Virus record (IMG/VR): IMGVR_UViG_3300046786_000692
Location: 1-36,597 of that record
Strand: one strand, 5' to 3'
Length of the DNA: 36,597 nucleotides
From: a virus
Lineage: Duplodnaviria > Caudoviricetes
Position 1 is the stretch's first letter. Each line of letters opens with the position of its first letter. Under the pieces are notes generated by a model that worked only from the letters and a program-made list of their open reading frames with translations, searched no databases and was not told the DNA's origin. A program made the position numbers and the translations under genes. Below, one piece after another: positions 9,322-16,852 of the stretch.

Positions 9322-9838
9322 AGACTTTTTCTAATTGTTCAAGTATCTCCTTCCTCTTTGCCTGTACCTCTTCGTCTGTCATGTTTGCGTAGCCGTCCAT
9401 GTTTACGTCCAGCTTATCAGGCGGGTATTTGTTCTGCAACCTGAAGACCATGTCGAGTGCAGTAAGACGAGATTTATGTTCAGGTAGGGTGTAGTAGGCT
9501 GTGGGGAATACCATCGACCTGTCTATGAATATGAGCTTTGTTCCTGGAGTAGACTCGATAAAAATCTTTATGTCCTTGTCCTTCATCTCTTTGGGAAACT
9601 GAGATGTGCCGTGTCGGGCTGCGAGTACTGAGTGCTGTTGTGTTTCAGTGAGTAGTTCTTCGGGAAAATACTCCTTTAGTAGGTCTTGAAAGCCCTTACC
9701 TCCAACAACATCTGTGCTTGTTGTTTTGCCATATCCTGCCTCTTTCACCAAATCCTTCATGTCGGGCATCTTCCCTTTGTTTTTCTTTATATGTGCAGCA
9801 ACCAAGCGTGCGGCCTTACGTTGTCGTATTGTAGCCAT
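9281..9838 (-). CDS. terS: Terminase small subunit (putative)
   Basis: 185 aa, N-terminal HTH-like T-x-RQ...EAGY, C-terminal NMTDEE; overlaps terL by 41 nt. Confidence 0.7.
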   Translation of the reverse strand: MATIRQRKAARLVAAHIKKNKGKMPDMKDLVKEAGYGKTTSTDVVGGKGFQDLLKEYFPEELLTETQQHSVLAARHGTSQFPKEMKDKDIKIFIESTPGTKLIFIDRSMVFPTAYYTLPEHKSRLTALDMVFRLQNKYPPDKLDVNMDGYANMTDEEVQAKRKEILEQLEKVYARSKSSPRAKKT

Positions 9839-9895
9839 AGTGAATTATACATCTAACAATACCACATGATAATACACTGTGTCTCATGTTGCAAC

Positions 9896-9926
9896 AAAAA
9901 GCCCCCCACCAGACGGGGTAGGGGGT
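9896..9926 (-). terminator. Intrinsic terminator before the packaging operon
   Basis: ACCCCCTACC-CCGTCT-GGTGGGGGGC followed by TTTTT. Confidence 0.75.
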
Positions 9927-10015
9927 AAGTAAGTAAACTGTGTTTTATGCCATGTTTTGTAATAATTGGTATTTTTGTGCTCACTAGCTTGACATTCTAG
10001 GGGGGTTTATTTTTC

Positions 10016-10219
10016 TCAAGCCACCTTCGTACCTTTAATGTGGGCTGCTCTTGCCTTTAGCTCTTCCTGTGTACCCACAAACACGTGCATCTTGTCCATG
10101 TATAACTTGCCTTCTTCATCATCCAGGTGATTGATGGTGTTCCGTGTTTCGTTGTATGGATAGTCAAACATCCTACAAAACTTCCGGATAAACTTGAGGT
10201 CTTTTCGAGATGTCTTCAT
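10016..10219 (-). CDS. Hypothetical protein
   Basis: 67 aa, ATGA overlap with the upstream gene. Confidence 0.6.
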   Translation of the reverse strand: MKTSRKDLKFIRKFCRMFDYPYNETRNTINHLDDEEGKLYMDKMHVFVGTQEELKARAAHIKGTKVA

Positions 10220-10527
10220 TTTTTGTTGTTCTCCTGCAAAATGGCAATGTATTCTTTGGTAATTTCAATGTCGCGCTGTACTTGTGCATGCTCGAGTCTC
10301 ATCTGTGCTATCTCAGCCTCACCCATATGCCACCTACCAAAGTCCATGAAGTTCACCCTCTTCTCTTTAGGAAGTGCGAGAAAGTCTACGCGCTCCTTTG
10401 ATGCCTGTGCAATAATACGCTTCAATGCACGTTCTCGTAGGTCTTTCTTCATGAGATCGTTCTTTGCGACTTGTAACAACTCTCCATTCGTGAGCACGTT
10501 GGGTGCCTCTTTCTTTTTGTTAGCCAT
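10216..10527 (-). CDS. Hypothetical coiled-coil protein
   Basis: 103 aa, AT-rich leader, operon packing. Confidence 0.65.
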   Translation of the reverse strand: MANKKKEAPNVLTNGELLQVAKNDLMKKDLRERALKRIIAQASKERVDFLALPKEKRVNFMDFGRWHMGEAEIAQMRLEHAQVQRDIEITKEYIAILQENNKK

Positions 10528-10543
10528 AGATATATAGATAAAA

Positions 10544-10714
10544 TTATAAAATAAATAACCTGTCTATTCGATTCTGTCGCTCCTTTTTAATCCTTACCTT
10601 CTCTCGGTATTCTAACTTGAAACACTCGAAGCACTTGTTCGTACAATATGCTCTCAGTCCCGTGCTGCGCTTTTTATTCCTACATTTTATGCAAGTGAAC
10701 TTAAACGCGTGCAT
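10544..10714 (-). CDS. Small Cys-rich putative zinc-binding protein (not in ORF track)
   Basis: MHAFKFTCIKCRNKKRSTGLRAYCTNKCFECFKLEYREKVRIKKERQNRIDRLFIL, 56 aa, two CxxC pairs, fills the gap between neighbours. Confidence 0.6.
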   Translation of the reverse strand: MHAFKFTCIKCRNKKRSTGLRAYCTNKCFECFKLEYREKVRIKKERQNRIDRLFIL

Positions 10715-10715
10715 G

Positions 10716-10982
10716 TTAGTTTATAGTTCTCTGTTTACTGTTAACCAAGTCACTGACAATGCCCGCCTTGATCTTCATTGCAAGGGGAACGAGACCCACG
10801 TTCAAGTCTGCGACTATAAGCGCCTTTATGAGTTGTTCGTCTTTCTTAATCAGCTCAAACAATACCTCAAGAAGATTTGCCACGTCTTCTAACTTACCTT
10901 CAATGAGAGCGACTCCTTCCTCTCCACTCTTAGTAACGTGTATGAGTGGTTCTATCTTTATGTACTTTTTTATGGGTGACAT
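10716..10982 (-). CDS. Hypothetical protein
   Basis: 88 aa, operon packing. Confidence 0.6.
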   Translation of the reverse strand: MSPIKKYIKIEPLIHVTKSGEEGVALIEGKLEDVANLLEVLFELIKKDEQLIKALIVADLNVGLVPLAMKIKAGIVSDLVNSKQRTIN

Positions 10983-10990
10983 ATATAAAA

Positions 10991-11494
10991 TTAAAATGTA
11001 TAACCTTCAGAGACACACAATCGGTATCCTGTCCAATGCAAGGGCCAGTATGTGCTTACTCCATAAGCTGCCGTATCAAGATTCTCATAATCGTCGAATA
11101 TGTATGAGCAATCAGTACTCTTTCCCATCTTAGACCTCATACTCTGCCATGTAGGACACTGTATCTGAGTGAGCCCACACGATGCGCCACCATCTCCACA
11201 CTTGAATGCTGAGTTGAGACGCTTACCATCCAGTCCGGATTCTTTCATAATCATACAGGTGAAGCCGTCCGGATTCACCCCATACTTCTTTGCTGCTCGT
11301 TCTGCTACCAACTTTACCTCTTCCTTGTCTGCGATATACCTTATTGTATATGCCTTCTCAGACTTTATCACGCGCTCTTCTACACGCACAGCAGGCTTAT
11401 TTATGATGACATTCACGGGAGTATGCTTTGCCTGTAGACCGAAGACAGCAACTACTGACAGTATCGCAAGTAGGATAATGATGTAAGTTTTCAT
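10991..11494 (-). CDS. Membrane-anchored/secreted lytic transglycosylase-like (SLT, lysozyme fold) protein
   Basis: Hydrophobic N-terminus; AAKKYGV...MIMKESG (catalytic Glu), SCGLTQI, TW motifs. Confidence 0.75.
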   Translation of the reverse strand: MKTYIIILLAILSVVAVFGLQAKHTPVNVIINKPAVRVEERVIKSEKAYTIRYIADKEEVKLVAERAAKKYGVNPDGFTCMIMKESGLDGKRLNSAFKCGDGGASCGLTQIQCPTWQSMRSKMGKSTDCSYIFDDYENLDTAAYGVSTYWPLHWTGYRLCVSEGYTF

Positions 11495-11520
11495 ATAAAA
11501 TATAAAATGAGTACATGAAC

Positions 11521-11549
11521 ATCATATAACAATATATTTATCCTGTCAA
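11521..11549 (-). promoter_or_regulatory. Sigma70-type promoter; 23 bp identical to 18262-18284
   Basis: TTGACA-GGATAAATATATTGTTA(17)-TATGAT. Confidence 0.8.
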
Positions 11550-11575
11550 GGGGAAGTGTGTATAATGAGTGATAA

Positions 11576-11734
11576 ATGAAGGAAATACTACCACCATCAA
11601 CCTGGGAGATCGAGTATTGGGAGACACACAATAACAACCTTGGTCTTCCGCAAGGCACGATATTTGACTCTCAGAGCTTTGTTAAATGGGAAGCAAAACA
11701 AAAACCTATTGAAAGTTCAGGGCCCAAGAAATGA
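11576..11734 (+). CDS. Small hypothetical protein (not in ORF track)
   Basis: MKEILPPSTWEIEYWETHNNNLGLPQGTIFDSQSFVKWEAKQKPIESSGPKK, 52 aa; TATAAT at 11561-11566 upstream, terminator downstream. Confidence 0.55.
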   Translation: MKEILPPSTWEIEYWETHNNNLGLPQGTIFDSQSFVKWEAKQKPIESSGPKK

Positions 11735-11756
11735 TACGTATTATCAAACCTATTTA

Positions 11757-11785
11757 GCCCCGCTATCCATGCGGGGTATTTTTTT
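11757..11785 (+). terminator. Intrinsic terminator
   Basis: CCCCGC-TATCCAT-GCGGGG then TATTTTTTT. Confidence 0.75.
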
Positions 11786-11791
11786 ACCCTT

Positions 11792-12085
11792 ATGGAACGA
11801 AGGAAGAGGTTGTTTAGCCATGAAGTAAAGAGAACGCGCCTTGAGATGCAGGAATTTATGTGTGGAAATTGTGGTCAAGACTTATGGAAGAAGCCATCAG
11901 GGTATACTCAAGGGCATCACATAGTTCCTCACTCTCTCGGAGGCACCCTAGAGCCTGAAAACTTAGTTATTTTGTGCCCTTCCTGCCATGTTGAAGCGGA
12001 TAACGCGGTGATGCTACACGGGACAATATATGGAGGGTATCATATTAGCGAGTCAGATTCTTCACAAAGGAGATCAAAACACTAA
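11792..12085 (+). CDS. HNH endonuclease
   Basis: CGNCG...GHHIVPHSLGG...ENLVILCPSCH: zinc-binding HNH signature. Confidence 0.88.
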   Translation: MERRKRLFSHEVKRTRLEMQEFMCGNCGQDLWKKPSGYTQGHHIVPHSLGGTLEPENLVILCPSCHVEADNAVMLHGTIYGGYHISESDSSQRRSKH

Positions 12086-12177
12086 GTCAAGATAGATAGT
12101 GCTGCCCTATCGACCTCTTGTTCCCAGAACAAGCGCTCTGCTGTTGAGCTATATCTTGTATATTTATGTACAGTATA

Positions 12178-12885
12178 TCAAACCTGCATGTATCTAGGCA
12201 TACATTCTAGCATACTCTGTTGTCCTTCTAGCACTCTCCGTATCTCATACGCGCCCTCAGCCCCGCTTTCCACAATATCAATACACTTGTGTGGTGTAAT
12301 CCTTTCCGGAACCGTCACCCACCTTACTCTTGGATCAGTACCGTTCTGATTCAGGAGGGGTCTATTCAATTCGCTCCTATTGAGTATTGCCAAGTACTCT
12401 CTTGAGAGCATTGCCTTGTCTGACGGGAGAAGTATGTCTGACTGGTCATCGTCTATTGATCTAGCACATAGGCTACTCAGTGCTTCCCTGGCATTATCCC
12501 TGTTCACCGTGTGCCTTTCTGCGGGTCTTCCCTCTCGTAGCTGATGGAATACGTCAAGCAAGGGTGGACGTAGAACCAGGGGGATTGTACGAGCTTTTTC
12601 TCCTATGTAGTCAAGAATGAAGTCTCGTCTGCTTTTCTGCATGAACTTTGAGTTGGCAACCACCAGCCCGTATCCTTCTGTGAGACCATTACTGATAGCG
12701 TGGGTGATCTGCTCTTCCCAATCGTCGATCCTTTCGGGCCCAGCGATTCTTCCCCCTGGACGCTCGTATGCTGTACCAAAGTCAAAATTGAAGCAATCCT
12801 CCCCATAGAGATGCTTAATCCCACTGGCAAGAGTAGACTTGCCTACACCGGAGACCCCACCTATAAGTAAAACGGTTTGATTCAT
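12178..12885 (-). CDS. P-loop kinase (AAA_33 / nucleotide or polynucleotide kinase-like)
   Basis: N-terminal LLIGGVSGVGKST Walker A in NMP-kinase position; Arg-containing lid-like segment. Confidence 0.75.
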   Translation of the reverse strand: MNQTVLLIGGVSGVGKSTLASGIKHLYGEDCFNFDFGTAYERPGGRIAGPERIDDWEEQITHAISNGLTEGYGLVVANSKFMQKSRRDFILDYIGEKARTIPLVLRPPLLDVFHQLREGRPAERHTVNRDNAREALSSLCARSIDDDQSDILLPSDKAMLSREYLAILNRSELNRPLLNQNGTDPRVRWVTVPERITPHKCIDIVESGAEGAYEIRRVLEGQQSMLECMPRYMQV

Positions 12886-13334
12886 ATATACTCAACAAGC
12901 CTGATGTGTGCTTTCCTCTTATGTTGCTCATAGAACTTCCTGGTGTTCTCCATTTTCTCTTTTGCGCATTCTCTCGCTTCTTTGAAGGTCTTAAACACCT
13001 CTGAGAACTCATACGCTGTATTTCTTCCTTGCACAATATCTCCATAATCACCTACAAAGCGCACAATATACTTCTTCTTTTCCTTGGTTATCTCAATGAG
13101 ATGATTCTCTTGGAAAGCATCTTTGAGAGTATCTTTGAGAGTATCTTGTGGTGTGGGTTGATCTTTATCAATCCAATACTTATCATGATTCACACACTCC
13201 TTGTTCGGCTTCCGCTTGAGACTGTGACATTCGGGACAGAACTCAATGGGAGGAGTCGCATCCCTTTGTTTCTTTTCGTCCCGATACGCTTTTCCCATTT
13301 CTCGGATTGAGTTGATGAATTTGGGTTTTGTCAT
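12882..13334 (-). CDS. Hypothetical protein
   Basis: 150 aa, FCPECH...C..H possible zinc site; ATGA overlap with the kinase gene. Confidence 0.6.
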   Translation of the reverse strand: MTKPKFINSIREMGKAYRDEKKQRDATPPIEFCPECHSLKRKPNKECVNHDKYWIDKDQPTPQDTLKDTLKDAFQENHLIEITKEKKKYIVRFVGDYGDIVQGRNTAYEFSEVFKTFKEARECAKEKMENTRKFYEQHKRKAHIRLVEYI

Positions 13335-13338
13335 AGGG

Positions 13339-13602
13339 TTATTTAATGTTTTCTAATGGTTTATTATCTTTAATTATGAACATCAAACTATCCTCAGTTT
13401 CGTAAGCCCTGTAAGTTCCACCCTGTGATTTTGCAATGGATACTCCAACAATCTCTTTTACATCGGTAAATGATCCCCACTTGGACACAGCCACAAGTGC
13501 GTCGTTGGGCTGAATGAACTTGAGCGCTTGCTTTTCGTGGTCTGTTTCAGGAGTCAACATAATCTGTTTCGCTCCGTCAGTGATTAGTATTGATATTTTC
13601 AT
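13339..13602 (-). CDS. Hypothetical phage protein
   Basis: Start reassigned to MKISILITDG at 13602; QIMLTPETDHEK pattern. Confidence 0.65.
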   Translation of the reverse strand: MKISILITDGAKQIMLTPETDHEKQALKFIQPNDALVAVSKWGSFTDVKEIVGVSIAKSQGGTYRAYETEDSLMFIIKDNKPLENIK

Positions 13603-13616
13603 AGATATATAAAAAA

Positions 13617-13724
13617 CTAATAAAATACTTCGTACCGTAACCAATCTAATACCTCAACCAACAATCTTGGCATCCAGCGAATGTCACGAACATGGCTCAA
13701 GAGTATCCACATCTTACGTCTCAT
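13617..13724 (-). CDS. Small hypothetical peptide (not in ORF track)
   Basis: MRRKMWILLSHVRDIRWMPRLLVEVLDWLRYEVFY, 35 aa, ATGA-coupled to the upstream gene. Confidence 0.45.
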   Translation of the reverse strand: MRRKMWILLSHVRDIRWMPRLLVEVLDWLRYEVFY

Positions 13725-14035
13725 TTGTCCGTAAAACGAGTAACGATCTCAGCCCAATTCTCCTTGTACTTCATATCGGGGTGCTCAATCATATATTCAA
13801 CAATGTCTCTACAAATCACTTCCTTGTTGGGGGGGGATAGTCTCTTCTCATGCTTTATCAAATAACCACAGACTGTGCCCACTCCGTAAGAGCCTCGACC
13901 CAACATGTACCGTACAGCAGACATGATAATGACCGCTTCGTCTGATTCCATATACCCAAGCACCTCATCCTGCATCTTTTTACTTACCTTAACTGCGTGT
14001 TTGATTGCTTTTGATATTTCTTTTTGAGAAAACAT
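13721..14035 (-). CDS. Hypothetical phage protein
   Basis: 104 aa, AVRYMLGRGSY motif recurrent in phage small proteins. Confidence 0.65.
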   Translation of the reverse strand: MFSQKEISKAIKHAVKVSKKMQDEVLGYMESDEAVIIMSAVRYMLGRGSYGVGTVCGYLIKHEKRLSPPNKEVICRDIVEYMIEHPDMKYKENWAEIVTRFTDK

Positions 14036-14037
14036 AG

Positions 14038-14277
14038 TTATTTTTTTTCAATAGGTTTTAACCAGATGTCATCAAAACTTCTCAAATTGTTGAGCACAAA
14101 CTCTATTTGTCTTTTGGGAACCTTGGATTTAGCATGTAAGAGGTCAACAATTGTAGACCATCTCAGCCTGGTTTTCTCAATTGCTCGCATGGCTTCTGCG
14201 ATCTTAACAATGTCTTCTGCAACCTCTTCAAAAGGTGGGAGGGGTATTTGTCCAGGGTCTTCTAAGTGAACTGTCAT
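14038..14277 (-). CDS. Hypothetical phage protein
   Basis: 79 aa helical protein, AT-rich leader. Confidence 0.65.
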   Translation of the reverse strand: MTVHLEDPGQIPLPPFEEVAEDIVKIAEAMRAIEKTRLRWSTIVDLLHAKSKVPKRQIEFVLNNLRSFDDIWLKPIEKK

Positions 14278-14297
14278 ACTAATAAAATAAATAATAA

Positions 14298-14597
14298 ATC
14301 TGCACAGTGAGATGATGGGTAGGCCATTTAGTTCCCCATTTACACCTTGTTTACTGTGACGCCTCTCCAGTCACACACCTACACATCACCTCGCTCTACA
14401 GATCACATGTTAAGACTTAACGTGTACTTACCATGTATTTAACATGTTCTTCAGATCACATTGGGGTGTATGGGTTGGCGTGTAACGACGCCTACGTTTT
14501 AGTTGGGGAGGCATGAGTTGGACATGCGACCTCTCACCCCGTGGTGAGCGCTCTAACACTGAGCTACTCCCCGAATGAGATCCCCATACACCCCAAT
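14298..14597 (-). ncRNA. Structured non-coding region of three tandem hairpin domains
   Basis: Inverted repeats 14460-14474/14583-14597 (15 bp perfect), 14405-14413/14439-14447 (9 bp), 14298-14323/14378-14403 (26 bp imperfect). Confidence 0.6.
14503..14573 (-). tRNA. Degenerate tRNA (tRNA-Pro-like pseudo-tRNA)
   Basis: CGGGGAG TA GCTC AGTGTTA GAGC G CTCAC CACGGG GTGAG AGGTC GCATG TCCAACT CATGC CTCCCCA A: four stems pair, but 6-nt anticodon loop without U33, TCC T-loop, CTA instead of CCA. Confidence 0.65.
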
Positions 14598-14840
14598 CTA
14601 ATCTCTATAATGTTCCAGGAATGACTTACAAAAACTTCCGAAAGACTTCTTACTTCTTCTGTCTAACAATTTGCTCTCTGCGATATTTATCCCAAATAAA
14701 TACATGCTAAAAAAATCGTACATTTTTTCACTAGGATTTAAAGTCTCAGTCACCGACAATACTCTTTGTTTCTCGTCATACCAAAACTGAATAGAGTATA
14801 TTGCCTTTCTTTTTGCGTAATTATATTTTCTGGTTTTCAT
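14598..14840 (-). CDS. Hypothetical protein
   Basis: 80 aa, ATGA overlap, AT-rich. Confidence 0.55.
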   Translation of the reverse strand: MKTRKYNYAKRKAIYSIQFWYDEKQRVLSVTETLNPSEKMYDFFSMYLFGINIAESKLLDRRSKKSFGSFCKSFLEHYRD

Positions 14841-15136
14841 TTCCCCTCCTTCTTTAGATCGGTTAACATTTCCAATTGTCCTATTCTGTCATTTGGACAA
14901 TTACAACATCCTTGGTCTTCAGTGATTATTTTCTCCATCTTAGTCATCAACTCTTGCTTCTCATCGGATAGGAGTTTGTCTATTGCAAGAACGAATAGGC
15001 TCCAGGGTATCATTGATATGGTTTTTGATACACCACCTGAGAATATGACCTCTACCGGCTCCTCTCTTCTCAGTAGCAGGGCTCCTTTTAGTTTATTCTC
15101 CCAATCGTTTGTGTGTGTATCAGGGTTTTTTGACAT
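14837..15136 (-). CDS. Hypothetical protein
   Basis: 99 aa, operon packing. Confidence 0.55.
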   Translation of the reverse strand: MSKNPDTHTNDWENKLKGALLLRREEPVEVIFSGGVSKTISMIPWSLFVLAIDKLLSDEKQELMTKMEKIITEDQGCCNCPNDRIGQLEMLTDLKKEGK

Positions 15137-15151
15137 AGGGGTTGTGAGAAA

Positions 15152-15466
15152 TTATAAAGATGCTTCCTTCGCAATATTGATCTCAGAATCAAAGACAAGG
15201 TTGCCGTGTTCCACACAACCAGGACAGAACCGGTTGACTATCAACCTCGGTTGTCTGCAATTCTTACACCAAGCGACAATGCCTACACTTTTTATTACTT
15301 GAGCTTCTATCTCCTTTCGAATCTTTCTTTCCCTACTTCGAAGTCTGAAAAGGGATTTTACGAAAGCATACTTAATTTTTATACGCTGCATAAAGGGAAG
15401 CACGGGACTATCTAATGCTTCATCAAAAAGCCGGATCTGTTTGTGTATGAATGTGTTGTGTTTCAT
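15152..15466 (-). CDS. Hypothetical protein with CxxC...CxxC zinc ribbon
   Basis: WCKNC...FCPGC. Confidence 0.6.
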   Translation of the reverse strand: MKHNTFIHKQIRLFDEALDSPVLPFMQRIKIKYAFVKSLFRLRSRERKIRKEIEAQVIKSVGIVAWCKNCRQPRLIVNRFCPGCVEHGNLVFDSEINIAKEASL

Positions 15467-15467
15467 A

Positions 15468-15734
15468 TTAACAATATTCCTTAATTTTTAATTTCTTATA
15501 GATATGCTTCATGATGTCGTTCAGCGCGACACTTCCCCCAAACTTATAGCCCAGCTTCTTGTAATACTTCTTCGCTGCCTGTAATAGCTCTGTTGCGTGT
15601 CCTTTACCCTCTTCCTTGCTCTCAATGAGGTACAAGGTGGCCCAGTCTGCACCAAGTCCAAACTCAGCCGTACATGACTTGTGAGTCCATTGCTCCGTCT
15701 CCATTCCTTGGAATTTGATACGTTGGATTTTCAT
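15468..15734 (-). CDS. GNAT-family acetyltransferase-like protein
   Basis: Acetyl-CoA motif A-like ESKEEGKGHATELL and a C-terminal N...HIYKKL segment. Confidence 0.65.
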   Translation of the reverse strand: MKIQRIKFQGMETEQWTHKSCTAEFGLGADWATLYLIESKEEGKGHATELLQAAKKYYKKLGYKFGGSVALNDIMKHIYKKLKIKEYC

Positions 15735-16000
15735 TTGCTTATTTTGCTTAAAATCTCTTTCGCCTTGACGCGTTGCTGTGCCCTGAATACTTCTATCTCA
15801 TATTCATCTCCATATTTTGGAGTAAAATTGATTATCTTCTCCACCACAGCCTCTAAAATCTCGAGGGTTTGGTTTTTATAACTTAGACCCTCGCGCAGAC
15901 TCTTGCTCAAATCTACATTCAAATCTCCATACCTCTTGAAACGAACAACCTCTCCTGTCTTGAATTGTCGCTTTATTTGTCTTGGTGTGCCTATTTTCAT
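15731..16000 (-). CDS. Hypothetical protein
   Basis: 89 aa, ATGA overlaps at both ends. Confidence 0.6.
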   Translation of the reverse strand: MKIGTPRQIKRQFKTGEVVRFKRYGDLNVDLSKSLREGLSYKNQTLEILEAVVEKIINFTPKYGDEYEIEVFRAQQRVKAKEILSKISK

Positions 16001-16143
16001 ACTAATATAATTGAAAGTAAAACTGCTGCTAACGCGAACTCAACTATCCCAACAAACATATAGATCGTCTCTTTGTTTGCCCTTGGCTCTGCAATGAGCT
16101 TGATGGGTGTATAGTTCTTTTTTTTGACTGGTGGGTATTTCAT
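15997..16143 (-). CDS. Small membrane protein (not in ORF track)
   Basis: MKYPPVKKKNYTPIKLIAEPRANKETIYMFVGIVEFALAAVLLSIILV, 48 aa, C-terminal TM helix, ATGA overlap. Confidence 0.6.
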   Translation of the reverse strand: MKYPPVKKKNYTPIKLIAEPRANKETIYMFVGIVEFALAAVLLSIILV

Positions 16144-16152
16144 GTGTACTGC

Positions 16153-16347
16153 TTAATTTATAGGAGCGCCCTCTTCTCTCAGCTCTCTACCGTCCCATGA
16201 TTTATGAATGATAATCAAGTGACCATTTTCAAATAATAGTTTCGGATTGCACATACATTTGTACCCTTTCTCCTCATGTTCGTGTTGGTCGTTTACCGGT
16301 AATACGTGTATCATTTTCTCTGTGGGTATGTCCTCAAGGTTTACCAT
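16153..16347 (-). CDS. Small His/Cys phage protein
   Basis: IHVLPVND..EH...C.C.P...IIH.S.DGRE pattern. Confidence 0.65.
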   Translation of the reverse strand: MVNLEDIPTEKMIHVLPVNDQHEHEEKGYKCMCNPKLLFENGHLIIIHKSWDGRELREEGAPIN

Positions 16348-16592
16348 AATTCCTTCAAATTATTGAACTGCTCTTCGGTCATTTCAACTCTTGAGATAAT
16401 CAGGCGCCCCGCACGATTCACCCACGCGGTAATATTTTCAGCCAAATCCTTTGGATTACAAAACCAAAAGTCCTTTAATACACTGCTATACACTCTATAG
16501 TACGTTTTCTTTTGCTTCAGCATTAGCCTACGCCTAGATGATGTACTCGTTACCTTTACCTCCCCTATGGTTTGCTTTTTCGGTATCCTCAT
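16341..16592 (-). CDS. Hypothetical protein
   Basis: 83 aa; C-terminal EMTEEQFNNLKE pattern. Confidence 0.6.
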   Translation of the reverse strand: MRIPKKQTIGEVKVTSTSSRRRLMLKQKKTYYRVYSSVLKDFWFCNPKDLAENITAWVNRAGRLIISRVEMTEEQFNNLKELW

Positions 16593-16852
16593 AGTTCTTC
16601 AGAATAAATACTAACTGAGCCTTTCTTACCTTCTGCCTTCTTGCGCGCATCATTAACCTCACGATAAAACTTCCGTACCTGTACCAGGTGGTCGAAGTAG
16701 TACCAACTCACGTATACCGGATTCTTGGAAATGCCATTCCTAACCTCTTCGATCAGCACATAGTAGTCTTTCTGAGTAATGCGCTCCTTTTTAGTTTTGA
16801 CCGTATATTTATACTGCATGTGTTTTATTGTAATTTTCAACGTATTTGTCAT
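16589..16852 (-). CDS. Hypothetical protein
   Basis: Up to 87 aa; the true start may be the internal MQYKY. Confidence 0.55.
   Translation of the reverse strand: MTNTLKITIKHMQYKYTVKTKKERITQKDYYVLIEEVRNGISKNPVYVSWYYFDHLVQVRKFYREVNDARKKAEGKKGSVSIYSEEL

Noticed and set aside
9989-10017. Plus-strand TTGACA
   Set aside because: No -10 element at a proper spacing.
13119-13147. 12-bp tandem duplication encoding DTLKDTLKD
   Set aside because: In-frame slippage duplication in a linker; no sign of function.
14298-14597. Mini CRISPR array
   Set aside because: Only one 10-bp direct repeat pair; no repeat-spacer periodicity and no cas genes.
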